Source: Candidatus Saccharimonadota bacterium (GTDB taxonomy: Archaea > Nanohalarchaeota > Nanosalinia > Nanosalinales > Nanosalinaceae). Taken from it: a stretch of DNA of 32,000 nt. Under the pieces are notes generated by a model, which had not been told where the DNA came from, ran no database searches, and saw nothing but the letters and a program-made list of their open reading frames with translations. Shown here one piece after another: positions 1 through 8,601 of the stretch. Position 1 is the stretch's first letter; each line of letters begins with the position of its first letter. Location: the NCBI RefSeq assembly GCF_029232205.1, contig NZ_CP107255.1, positions 810,001-842,000 of the forward strand, given 5' to 3'. The translations under genes were made by a program, and so were the position numbers.

Positions 1-2
1 CT

Positions 3-155
3 TTAATCTCTCTTCAATTTCTTCTTCAAGGCCTTGCTCCCTTTCTTCAAAACATAGGTAACGGCCTTGTACTTCAGATAGTTTTTGCCGATCTTCTTAC
101 CTGATTTCCAGGCCTTCTTCTTTACAGCTTTCTTCAGTTTATCTTTCAACTTCAT
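3..155 (-). CDS. Small (50 aa) extremely lysine-rich protein of unknown function; below the ORF-track length cutoff
   Basis: Hand translation of the minus strand (ATG at 155-153, TAA at 5-3) gives MKLKDKLKKAVKKKAWKSGKKIGKNYLKYKAVTYVLKKGSKALKKKLKRD, with 21 K and 1 R in 50 residues. The ATG lies 1 nt after the trkA stop (TAAGATG). The sense strand is purine-rich like neighbouring genes. I recognise no homolog. Confidence 0.4.
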   Translation of the reverse strand: MKLKDKLKKAVKKKAWKSGKKIGKNYLKYKAVTYVLKKGSKALKKKLKRD

Positions 156-156
156 C

Positions 157-816
157 TTACTGGTCCTGGAAGAACTTATCTAGTTTTTCTTTTTCATCTT
201 CTGGGCCGATTAAGACAAGTTGGTCCTCTTCCTCCAGTTCGATATCGTTCTCGGCTTTCAAAGTATCCTCAGGCTTCACAACAGACAGAACCTGGAAACT
301 CATTGGAAAATGCTTCATAGATTTAAGCTCTCTAATATTTGAACCTGCAAGCTCGGAATCCTCACGGATGGAGGCCTTCAAAACCTCTCTATCATTTGAG
401 AGATTAGCCAACTTCACCAAGTAAGGGTGCTCAACAGAGGAAATAAACTCGGAGAGAAGAATATCTGTATCTCCAATAGTCTCTGCACCGATAATCTGGA
501 AGGCCTCAAAGTACTCTTCATCCTCAATCTTCGAGACAACTTTTGGAACACCGTACTTCTTTCCAAGCGAACAGACAACCATGTTCTGATTGTCATCCTT
601 CAAAGTAGAGATAAGAACATCGGCCTGCGTGATTCCTGCATCTTCAAGAGCTGAAAGAGTGGTCGGAGACTTGTTAATCACCGTGGCCCCTGAAGAAGAA
701 TAAAGCCGTTCACATTTATCCTCATCAGCATCTATAGCAACTATATCATGCCGGCCTTCCAATCGCTCAACCAGCCTTTTCGATAAAGTATTGATACCTG
801 CAATAACTACGTACAT
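157..816 (-). CDS. trkA: Trk-type K+ transport NAD-binding subunit TrkA (RCK N + C domains)
   Basis: 219-aa ORF. The N-terminal Rossmann-like segment MYVVIAGINTLSKRLVERL...DIVAIDADEDKCERL is typical of TrkA-N, followed by a TrkA-C-like half. It starts 2 nt after the trkH stop. Confidence 0.85.
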   Translation of the reverse strand: MYVVIAGINTLSKRLVERLEGRHDIVAIDADEDKCERLYSSSGATVINKSPTTLSALEDAGITQADVLISTLKDDNQNMVVCSLGKKYGVPKVVSKIEDEEYFEAFQIIGAETIGDTDILLSEFISSVEHPYLVKLANLSNDREVLKASIREDSELAGSNIRELKSMKHFPMSFQVLSVVKPEDTLKAENDIELEEEDQLVLIGPEDEKEKLDKFFQDQ

Positions 817-818
817 CT

Positions 819-2243
819 CTACTTGTTTTTGAGAATTCTCTTATTAAATAATGCAAGCAAAGGCAACATCTCCAACCTACCAGCCAGCATAACCACAACC
901 CATATACTCTTAGTCACAGGCGACAACGCCACCATTTTCTGCCCTTCCATGTACACAGGCCCCATATTACCAGCAGCAGAAATAGTACCAGAAAGAGCAG
1001 CCATGAAACTAACATCCTCAACCACCAAAACACCAAGAGTGGCCACAAAAATAACACCAACCCACACAAAGAACAGTACAGAAATAGTTCTGACCACAGA
1101 ATTAGATAATATCTCCCCATCAATCTTAGGCTCATTAACAGCAGTCTCCGGAAGAGAATAAGCCCTCAAACGAGTCTTCAACAACTCAAACAAGGCCTTC
1201 AAACGGAAAACCTTCAGACCTCCTGCGGTAGAACCAAGAGAACCTCCTACAAACATAACTCCAAGGAAAAGAGCCTGCAAAGCAATTGAAAGTGAAGTAA
1301 CACCTATAGTCGAAAAACCTGTTGAAGAGATAACTGCAGCAGAAGTAAAAGTAGAATTAAGCAAAGTCTCAGCTGGACTAAGGCCTTTGCCAATTAATTC
1401 TATAGCAACCAGGCCTGAAACAGCCAGGAAGATAGTAGTATACAGTTTAAACTCTGAGTTCTTCCTGATAGGCCTGATATCTGCACGCAGAAATCTGTAA
1501 AGCAGTACAAAGTTCACTCCGCCGATAAACATGAAGAAGACTGTCGCGGCCTGTATCCTAGCAGGGAATGCTGACATGCTTGCGCCAAGAGTTGAGAAAC
1601 CTCCTGTAGAAATAGTGGCGAAGGCGTGAGCAAATGAGTCAAAAACCGACATACCCATTCCAATGAAAGTACCCATAATCAGCATTGTCAGGAAACCGTA
1701 AACACGCCACAACTCCACAATAGACTTCTTCAGAGAAGGCCTGATGCTGCCAGGATCAGTCTTGTGGGCCTCAGCGGAGAAAAGCCGCCGGGAAATTCCT
1801 CCAGACTCTCTGATCACTGCGATGAAGAAAGTCAGAATTCCAAGACCTCCAATCCACTGCATGAAGGCGCGCCAGAAAAGCATGGATTTGGGCAAGGCCT
1901 CTGGAGCAAGCAACATTGAGATACCAGTAGTAGTCAATCCTGCTGTTGACTCGAAAACCGCGTCAACAGGCGACATAAACTCAAGCAAAGGCGTAGCACC
2001 GATAAAAACAGCTATAAACCATCCTAGCACTGTAGCGTAAAGAGCCTCTGAAATAGTTGGCTCATCAGACGAACCTACGTAGGACAAGAGAAGGCCGAGA
2101 ACAGCTGTAGAAACCGCTGCAAAACCAAAAGAATGGACAGTGGCCTCACCATAGTAGAGGGCAACAGCTACAGGCACAACAATAACAATAGAGAACACCT
2201 GCAGAAACCTTCCAATAATTCTAGAAATAACTGAGGCCCTCAT
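819..2243 (-). CDS. trkH: Trk-type K+ transporter membrane subunit TrkH
   Basis: 474-aa polytopic membrane ORF with four pore-loop-like motifs (LTTTGIS, ISTGGFS, ISSTGFS, AAGNMGP), as in TrkH/KtrB proteins. It forms an operon with trkA. Confidence 0.9.
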   Translation of the reverse strand: MRASVISRIIGRFLQVFSIVIVVPVAVALYYGEATVHSFGFAAVSTAVLGLLLSYVGSSDEPTISEALYATVLGWFIAVFIGATPLLEFMSPVDAVFESTAGLTTTGISMLLAPEALPKSMLFWRAFMQWIGGLGILTFFIAVIRESGGISRRLFSAEAHKTDPGSIRPSLKKSIVELWRVYGFLTMLIMGTFIGMGMSVFDSFAHAFATISTGGFSTLGASMSAFPARIQAATVFFMFIGGVNFVLLYRFLRADIRPIRKNSEFKLYTTIFLAVSGLVAIELIGKGLSPAETLLNSTFTSAAVISSTGFSTIGVTSLSIALQALFLGVMFVGGSLGSTAGGLKVFRLKALFELLKTRLRAYSLPETAVNEPKIDGEILSNSVVRTISVLFFVWVGVIFVATLGVLVVEDVSFMAALSGTISAAGNMGPVYMEGQKMVALSPVTKSIWVVVMLAGRLEMLPLLALFNKRILKNK

Positions 2244-2267
2244 ACCACTGGTTAAGGATTAGGTTGA

Positions 2268-2275
2268 ATAAAAAT
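2268..2275 (-). promoter_or_regulatory. TATA-like box for trkH (minus-strand sense TTTTTATT)
   Basis: A/T octamer centred about 28 nt upstream of the trkH ATG (2243). This spacing fits a leaderless or near-leaderless archaeal transcript. Confidence 0.4.
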
Positions 2276-2413
2276 TCGAGGCCACAGAAATTTGGATTCA
2301 AAAAAGTTTCTGACCAATCTCTACATGCTCGGAAATTATCGTCCTTCCATCCGGAAGCGACGTTACAAGCAGCGCCCTTGGCGATGCGAATGACTGAGCA
2401 GGTGAAACAACCA

Positions 2414-2791
2414 ATGAAAGTTACAATAGGTACAACAAACGGCGACACATTTCAAACAGAAGTAGAAGACAATTCTCAACTAATCGGAAACGAAGTAGGA
2501 GACGAAATCGACGGAGGCCTCGTAGGAGTTCCAGGATACACACTGGAAATTACAGGAGGATCCGACAAAGCAGGATTCCCTATGAGAAAAAGCATCGAAG
2601 GATCCGAAAGAAAAAGAGTACTAATCGAAGACGGATCAGGAATCCAGGCAGAAGAAAAAGGAATCAAACAGAGAAAATCCGTCAGAGGCCGAACAGTATC
2701 AGGCCAGATCGAACAACTCAACACAAAAGTAGTAGAAGAAGGTAGCAAGTCCGTAGAAGAAATCCTTGAAGGAGACGAAGAGGAAGAATAA
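2414..2791 (+). CDS. rps6e: 30S ribosomal protein S6e (eS6)
   Basis: MKVTIGTTNGDTFQTEVEDNSQLIGNEVGDEIDGGLVGVPGYTLEITGGSDKAGFPMRKSIEGSERKRVL matches the S6e family. I prefer the ATG at 2414, preceded by GGTGA at 2401-2405, over the ORF-track start at 2264, whose extra 50 aa look non-coding. The C-terminus is acidic (EGDEEEE). Confidence 0.85.
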   Translation: MKVTIGTTNGDTFQTEVEDNSQLIGNEVGDEIDGGLVGVPGYTLEITGGSDKAGFPMRKSIEGSERKRVLIEDGSGIQAEEKGIKQRKSVRGRTVSGQIEQLNTKVVEEGSKSVEEILEGDEEEE

Positions 2792-2798
2792 AACAGCT

Positions 2799-3107
2799 AT
2801 GGGCCTGGTCACCGAGTACTACCTGTCCTCAGCACTGGAAGAGATAGAACACAGAAGCAACCAGTTAGACCAGTGGTGGGACAACTCCACAAGCAAGGAA
2901 TACATGGAGTCAATTCTTGACTACGACCTTGTAGAAGGAGAACCTGTCGAATACGAAGACAGATTCGGCGAAGTACGTGAAGGAGAGGTAGTAGATAGAA
3001 GGCCCATAACAAATCTTCTAACAGGTCTCAACCCAGAGAGCCCTACCATCTATAGCGTAGGCTCTGGGGGGAGAACTATAACTGTTTCCGAGGATGATAT
3101 ATTATGA
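2799..3107 (+). CDS. Hypothetical acidic protein (102 aa)
   Basis: The ORF lies between S6e and aIF2-gamma. The likely start is the ATG at 2799, 7 nt after the S6e stop. Its stop overlaps the aIF2-gamma start (ATGA at 3104-3107). I recognise no family. Confidence 0.5.
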   Translation: MGLVTEYYLSSALEEIEHRSNQLDQWWDNSTSKEYMESILDYDLVEGEPVEYEDRFGEVREGEVVDRRPITNLLTGLNPESPTIYSVGSGGRTITVSEDDIL

Positions 3108-4294
3108 GCGAGCAAATACCTGAGGTAAATATCGGTCTTGTAGGACACGTAGATCACGGAAAAACTACTTTGACCAGAGCACTTTCTGGAAAATGGACCG
3201 ATGAACACAGCGAGGAACTGAAGAAAGGAATCACAATCAAGATCGGATACGCCGACATCACATACTACAGAAACGACGAAGGAACACTAAACGTTAAAGA
3301 AGACGGCGAAAAAGAAAGAACAGTTTCTTTAGTAGATGCACCAGGCCACGAAACACTGATGGCAAACGTCCTATCAGGAGCAGCCATCATGGACGGAGCA
3401 GTACTGGTAATCGCGGCAAACGAAGAATGCCCACAACCTCAGACAAGAGAACACCTCGCAGCACTCGATATTATTGGAGTAGAAAACATCGTAATTGTAC
3501 AGAACAAGATCGACCTCGTAGATGAGGAAGAAGCCCGCGAAAACTACAAGGAAATCCAGGAGTTCGTGGAAGGAACAGTAGCAGAAGACGCACCAGTCAT
3601 CCCAATCTCAGCACAGCAGGAAATTAACATTGACGCAGTCCTGGAAGCAATCGACACAGAAATACAGACACCAGAAAGAGACCTTGAAGCCGACGGAAAA
3701 ATGCTAGTAGCAAGATCCTTCGACATCAACAAGCCAGGAACCTCACCGGAAGGCCTGCACGGAGGAGTAGTCGGCGGATCACTAGTAGAAGGAGAACTGG
3801 AAGTAGGAGATGAAATAGAGCTCAGCCCAGGAATCAATCAAGATGAAGAATGGAGAACTGTCAAGACAGAGATCAAAAGCATCATGCACGGAGGAAACCC
3901 TGTAGAAAAAGGAACTCCAGGAGGCCTTCTAGCAATAGAGACAGATCTCGATCCTTCAATGGCAAAATCCGACGGACTATCCGGCAATATTCTAGGAAAA
4001 GAGGGAACACTTCCAGAGACAACAGAAAACATCACTGTGGAAGTAGACCTGATGGACAGAGCCGTAGGATCCGAACAGGAGAAAGAAATCGAAAATATCA
4101 AACAGAACGAACCTCTAATGCTTAACGTCGGCACCTCAAAGTCCGCAGGCATCGTAACTCAGGCCGGAAAGAAGGTAAAACTCGATCTGAAAGTCCCTAT
4201 CTGCGCTGAGGAAGACGACAGAATTGCTATTTCCCGCCAAATAGGCTCTAGATGGCGACTTATCGGCTATGGAAAAATCATCGATAAGGAATAA
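3104..4294 (+). CDS. eif2g: Translation initiation factor aIF2 gamma subunit
   Basis: 396 aa with GTPase motifs [10 protein letters not shown] (G1), DAPGHE (G3) and NKIDL (G4), followed by EF-Tu-like domains II and III. Confidence 0.95.
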   Translation: MSEQIPEVNIGLVGHVDHGKTTLTRALSGKWTDEHSEELKKGITIKIGYADITYYRNDEGTLNVKEDGEKERTVSLVDAPGHETLMANVLSGAAIMDGAVLVIAANEECPQPQTREHLAALDIIGVENIVIVQNKIDLVDEEEARENYKEIQEFVEGTVAEDAPVIPISAQQEINIDAVLEAIDTEIQTPERDLEADGKMLVARSFDINKPGTSPEGLHGGVVGGSLVEGELEVGDEIELSPGINQDEEWRTVKTEIKSIMHGGNPVEKGTPGGLLAIETDLDPSMAKSDGLSGNILGKEGTLPETTENITVEVDLMDRAVGSEQEKEIENIKQNEPLMLNVGTSKSAGIVTQAGKKVKLDLKVPICAEEDDRIAISRQIGSRWRLIGYGKIIDKE

Positions 4295-4303
4295 AAGAAA
4301 GAG

Positions 4304-4311
4304 TTTATATA
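4304..4311 (+). promoter_or_regulatory. TATA-like box (TTTATATA) upstream of the MscS-peptidase gene
   Basis: Centred about 26 nt upstream of the ATG at 4334. A GGAG/AGGT stretch at 4321-4329 could alternatively act as an SD on read-through transcripts from aIF2-gamma. Confidence 0.4.
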
Positions 4312-4333
4312 CAGCTTTTAGGAGTAGGTAGTT

Positions 4334-5896
4334 ATGGCCGGCATTCTAGATTCTGCACTAGCTTTCATCATGTCAAGCAACACCAGCATTAGAGTAGCAG
4401 TTACACTACTAATCCTAGTTCTAGGCCACCTCACAGTAAAAAGCTTCAACATGATCTACAACCGGCTATGGATACTCAGAAACGACGAATCCACCAAAAA
4501 AGACCTCGAAAGAAAAAGACAGAGACTACAGTACATATCATACATACTTGACGGCCTCGTCATAACAGGAGCCCTATTCTACCTAAACTCCTCAATGACC
4601 GATCAGATCATCACAGAAACAGCAACATACATCCCAGACATACTAACAGGATTTCTAGTAGCAATCCTAGGAGTAATAACAATAAACATATTCGCAAGAT
4701 TCATAGAGGACTTCCTCAAAACAGTTGGAGTCAGAAACTACTTCAGAGAAGCAGGCCTATCAGTAAACGCATTCAAAATAGTATCAACACTCATCAAAGG
4801 ATTCCTATACCTGATCCTACTACAAATAGTACTAGGCCAACTAGGAATCGCACAAAGCACAATCAACGAGCTAGTAACAGCATCATCATGGGCCGTAGCA
4901 TTCCTCATCGCAGGCCTCGTATTCTACGGATTTAAAGACCTGTTCAAGAACTTCGCAGCAGGAGTATACCTCAAGAACTCCAGAATAGTAAGGCCTGGCG
5001 AGGAAGTCAAGATGGACGATGAAACAGGAGAAATCAAGGAAGTATCGCTCTTCAGCACTACGGTCGACACAAACTCAGGTTTCACAGTGCTGGCACCGAA
5101 CAGCCAGATCATGGACTCAAACCTCAAGTTCAAGAGAACAAGAAGCGACCTCGACACGCTGGAAGAAATAACAAGCTACTTCGTAGCACAGGACCCATCA
5201 TTCTGCGGTCCAGCATCAATGGAAATGGCCCTCGAAATCTTCGGATACAGACACGACCAGAAAGAAATAGGAGAAAAAGCAAACGTCGAAGAAGGAGAAG
5301 GAGCCGACGAACACGTCCTAATGGACTCAGTAGAAGAACTAACAAACAACGAAGTCAAAACAGCATGGATCGGCTACGATGACATCACAGAACTTGACGA
5401 AGAATTCAAGGCCTGGTTCAACGACGGAGCACTAATCGTTCCGAACTTCTACAAACCAGAAATATTCCCAGATGCAACAGCAGGCCACTTCGTACTATCA
5501 GTCGGAGTAGAAGGAGATGAAATACTCATCCTTGATCCAAGTGGAACAAACGGAGGAGTATACTACGTAAACAAAGACCAGCTGAAAGAAGCAATGGCAG
5601 AGTTCGGCCACAAGAGAGGATACATCGTGGTCGCACCAAAAGGAACAACAGCACACTGGAGAATCAAGAACGACCTAATCTACGCAGACAAAAGCGCCTA
5701 CGACGAACTATCCAAGACACTGGAAGCCCGACTAAGAAAGATTCTAAGACAGGGCCGCATCCTGAAAAACTCCACACCTTCCTCAATGGAAGACTACATG
5801 GAGAAATGGGGCGCAAGCGAGAAATTAACACGAATATGGATGCCAGAACAATCAAAACAGGGGGAGGACAAAGATGAAACTACTGAAAATAACTGA
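4334..5896 (+). CDS. MscS-like mechanosensitive channel core fused to a C-terminal C39/papain-like cysteine peptidase domain
   Basis: The N-terminal half has several TM helices. It then shows the MscS TM3/beta-domain signature (AVAFLIAGLVFYGFKDLFKNFAAGVYL...RPGEEVKMDDETGEIKEVSLFSTTVDTNSGFTVLAPNSQIMDSNL). The C-terminal half carries Q-x5-C (VAQDPSFCGPASMEMALEIFGY) and a His/Asp motif (AGHFVLSVGVEGDEILILDPS), as in C39-like peptidases. Confidence 0.7.
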   Translation: MAGILDSALAFIMSSNTSIRVAVTLLILVLGHLTVKSFNMIYNRLWILRNDESTKKDLERKRQRLQYISYILDGLVITGALFYLNSSMTDQIITETATYIPDILTGFLVAILGVITINIFARFIEDFLKTVGVRNYFREAGLSVNAFKIVSTLIKGFLYLILLQIVLGQLGIAQSTINELVTASSWAVAFLIAGLVFYGFKDLFKNFAAGVYLKNSRIVRPGEEVKMDDETGEIKEVSLFSTTVDTNSGFTVLAPNSQIMDSNLKFKRTRSDLDTLEEITSYFVAQDPSFCGPASMEMALEIFGYRHDQKEIGEKANVEEGEGADEHVLMDSVEELTNNEVKTAWIGYDDITELDEEFKAWFNDGALIVPNFYKPEIFPDATAGHFVLSVGVEGDEILILDPSGTNGGVYYVNKDQLKEAMAEFGHKRGYIVVAPKGTTAHWRIKNDLIYADKSAYDELSKTLEARLRKILRQGRILKNSTPSSMEDYMEKWGASEKLTRIWMPEQSKQGEDKDETTENN

Positions 5897-6689
5897 CGAC
5901 AAAGACAACGAACAACTAGACCAGCATTTCGACGAAGTAGAAACAGTAAGCATAGAAGAAGTCGCACCAGAGGTAAGAGAAAACAAATCAGACGTAAAGA
6001 TTAACGGAAGATCAGTAGAACAGTTCGACGCGGTCTACGCGAACATACCTGAAAAGAACGCAGTCTTCGGCAGAGTCCTCCTGGAAGTAATAGAGGAAAA
6101 AGGAATCCCTCTGAACTACTCATCAACCTCATTCTTCGCAATGTCAAAGAAAAACTATCTTTACAGCGTGCTGCACGAGAAAAAAGTATCAGCCCCTAAA
6201 ACAGCAGTTATTGCAGACGAAAAATCCGCCAGAAACCTGGAAAACTATCTGAAAGGGCCTCTAGTCGCCAGAAAATTCGAAGGCTTCGAAGAATCAGAGG
6301 AGAAAAAAATAGATACTGTAGAAGATATCAGCGGATTCACTGAAGGAGTTGAATACGGAGAACAGTTCGTACTCTTCCAAGAATTCTCCAAAGGCAGCAA
6401 ATATCGATGCCTGATAGCTGACAACGAAGTAGTATCCCTAGAAGACAACTCAGAGGAATGGTCGATAGGAAAAGACAACCTGCGGTACTCAAACATTCCT
6501 AGCGACATAGAAGAACTGGTAATAGATGCAAAAAACTCTCTAGGCTTCAAAACTGCAGAAGTACTCGTAAGAGACGAAGAAGTGATAGACGTTAATCCAA
6601 ATCCAGATCTGGACATGTACGCAGAAATATCAGGAAAAGACGTATACAAAATCGTGGCAGAAGCAATGAAGGATGGAGCAGAAGAGTAA
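5874..6689 (+). CDS. Divergent RimK-like ATP-grasp paralog, possibly catalytically degenerate
   Basis: 271 aa, colinear with the next gene (FDAVYANIPEKNAVFGRVLLEVIEEKGIP.. versus FDAAYVRTNDEDALFSEHLVEVLNKAGV..). The glycine-rich ATP loop is replaced by KFEGFEESEEKK and the R-x-N-x3-GG motif is missing. It overlaps the upstream gene by 23 nt. Confidence 0.6.
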   Translation: MKLLKITDDKDNEQLDQHFDEVETVSIEEVAPEVRENKSDVKINGRSVEQFDAVYANIPEKNAVFGRVLLEVIEEKGIPLNYSSTSFFAMSKKNYLYSVLHEKKVSAPKTAVIADEKSARNLENYLKGPLVARKFEGFEESEEKKIDTVEDISGFTEGVEYGEQFVLFQEFSKGSKYRCLIADNEVVSLEDNSEEWSIGKDNLRYSNIPSDIEELVIDAKNSLGFKTAEVLVRDEEVIDVNPNPDLDMYAEISGKDVYKIVAEAMKDGAEE

Positions 6690-6691
6690 AA

Positions 6692-7573
6692 ATGAAACTT
6701 GCAATAATATACGGCGATGTATCAACAACACACCAGCTGATTATCGAGGAGGCCGAAGAAATATTTGACTCCGTGCTTGCAGCACCGGTAGACGGCCTTA
6801 AAATGATACACAGCGAAGAAGGAAGCAAAGTACTTTACAAAGATACTGACCTTACAGAGTTCGACGCGGCCTACGTAAGAACCAACGACGAGGACGCGCT
6901 TTTCTCCGAGCACCTTGTAGAAGTACTGAATAAGGCCGGAGTAGTTACGCAGGCAGAGGACGAGTCCTTCTCCTACTCAAACAACAAGTTCTACAGCATG
7001 AAAATCCTGGCAGAGAACAACGTAAACGTACCCGACAGTTTCTACACTCTCTCACCTGAGACAGCAGTCGATGCAGCAGAAGAATTGGGCTACCCTATCA
7101 TCATGAAGACGATCGAGGGAGCAGGAGGCCAGGGAGTAATGAGGGCAAGCTCAGAGAACGAGCTGAAACCTGTTATGGACACAATGAAGTCTTTCGAACA
7201 GGACATCTGCCTCCAGGAATATCAGGAACACGGCGGAACCGACACAAGAGTCATCGTCATAGGCAACGAAATATACGCATACAGCAGATCAAGCAACGGC
7301 GACGAATGGAGATCCAACCTCGCAGCAGGCGGAGAAAGAAAAGAAGCCGACATAACACCAGAAATGAGAGAAGCAGCCCTCACAGCAGTAAGGGCCTCAG
7401 GATTCGACATCGCAGGAGTCGACGTAATCGAAACCGACAACGGAGTCTACGTACTGGAACTAAACAGTGCGTTCGGCCTCTACAAAGCAATAAACGAGAC
7501 AGTAGGCGACAACGTAATCCTCAGACTGGTAGAAAGAATGCATGAACGAGCGATGGAGGCGAACCAGAGTTGA
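6692..7573 (+). CDS. RimK-family ATP-grasp alpha-L-glutamate ligase-like protein
   Basis: 293 aa with GYPIIMKTIEGAGGQGV (Gly-rich loop), CLQEY, TDTRVIVIGNEIYAYSR, EWRSNLAAGGE and AGVDVIETDNGVYVLELNSAFG. These are canonical RimK-type ATP-grasp motifs. Confidence 0.85.
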   Translation: MKLAIIYGDVSTTHQLIIEEAEEIFDSVLAAPVDGLKMIHSEEGSKVLYKDTDLTEFDAAYVRTNDEDALFSEHLVEVLNKAGVVTQAEDESFSYSNNKFYSMKILAENNVNVPDSFYTLSPETAVDAAEELGYPIIMKTIEGAGGQGVMRASSENELKPVMDTMKSFEQDICLQEYQEHGGTDTRVIVIGNEIYAYSRSSNGDEWRSNLAAGGERKEADITPEMREAALTAVRASGFDIAGVDVIETDNGVYVLELNSAFGLYKAINETVGDNVILRLVERMHERAMEANQS

Positions 7574-8601
7574 AAGCAGGCCTCGAACTGGAGTTCTGGG
7601 TCATCGACGAACAAGGAGAACTTGACTACGCCAAGCCCGTCGCAGAAAGAGTATACTTCGCATCACAGGAATTCTCACGGTCAATGATAGAAATACAGAC
7701 AGAACCACACGAAGATGTAGAAGAACTATTGAAAGAGGCAATCTCCAAGACAGAGATACTTGCAGAACTAGCCAAGAAAGACGGCAAACGAATAGTACCT
7801 CTTGGAACACCTCTAAACTCAGGAAAAGTAGAAGTATACGAATCTGAGAGATTCCAGATAGAACAGGAAGTAATAGGCCACGAAGTAAAACACGCAGGAA
7901 GAACAGCAGGCCTCCACATCCACTTCGAAAAAGAAGACTCACTACGACAGCTGAACACTCTAACAGCTCTAGACCCTTTATCCGCACTAATGAACTCCTC
8001 ACCACGGTATCAGGGGAAAGATCTTGCAGATGGATGCAGAAACCAGGTATACAGGCACAAGGCCTGCGGAGCATTCCCAGAACAGAGAGAACTCTGGCCC
8101 TACATGGACTCAATCACCGAATGGCGGGAGAAAAGAGAAAAACTGTTTGAAAAATTCGAGAAAGAAGCAGAGAAAAAAGGAATAAAGCCAGAAAAATTTG
8201 AAAGATTCTTCCAGCCAGAGAACGCAGTCTGGACACCCGTAAAACTGAGAGAAAACTATCCAACAGTTGAATGGCGCGCACCAGACACAGCACTCCTGAC
8301 AGAAGTAATCAAAATAGTAAAAGCCGTCAAACCGATAGTCCAGAAAAAGAAGAGATCAGAACTACCAGACTTCAAAGAAGTCAAACAGGCCTCAGAAAAA
8401 GCAATAACTCAAGGCCTCGAATCCAGAGAAGTCAGAGAATACATCGAAAAAATGGGCGCAGATCCTTCAGATTTCTCACCTATGTCACAGCAACTTGATC
8501 TACCGGAAAAAGTCAGCAGAGAAGAAGCCCGAGAAATAAGACTGGACGTAGCGGAAAAATTGACAGAAGACCTGGAAGAAGCAAAAGAAATGATAGGTTA
8601 A
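7570..8601 (+). CDS. GCS2/YbdK-family carboxylate-amine ligase (glutamate-cysteine ligase family 2)
   Basis: 343 aa with GLELEFWVID, MIEIQTEP and TAGLHIHF motifs. TTG at 7570 is the only canonical start that retains the conserved N-terminus; the upstream in-frame stop is at 7543-7545. GGAGG lies at 7555-7559. It overlaps the RimK stop by 4 nt. Confidence 0.75.
   Translation: MKAGLELEFWVIDEQGELDYAKPVAERVYFASQEFSRSMIEIQTEPHEDVEELLKEAISKTEILAELAKKDGKRIVPLGTPLNSGKVEVYESERFQIEQEVIGHEVKHAGRTAGLHIHFEKEDSLRQLNTLTALDPLSALMNSSPRYQGKDLADGCRNQVYRHKACGAFPEQRELWPYMDSITEWREKREKLFEKFEKEAEKKGIKPEKFERFFQPENAVWTPVKLRENYPTVEWRAPDTALLTEVIKIVKAVKPIVQKKKRSELPDFKEVKQASEKAITQGLESREVREYIEKMGADPSDFSPMSQQLDLPEKVSREEAREIRLDVAEKLTEDLEEAKEMIG

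Noticed and set aside
2264-2413. 50-codon N-terminal extension of S6e given by the ORF track
   Set aside because: The extension has no S6e similarity and overlaps the divergent trkH promoter region. The conserved S6e N-terminus starts at the ATG at 2414, which has GGTGA just upstream.
2768-2791. S6e C-terminal EGDEEEE tail as a possible target of the nearby RimK-like ligases, by analogy with E. coli RimK and bS6
   Set aside because: eS6 is unrelated to bacterial bS6. Acidic C-terminal tails are common in this proteome; Rpo7, for example, ends EDEEGEE. The resemblance is not evidence.
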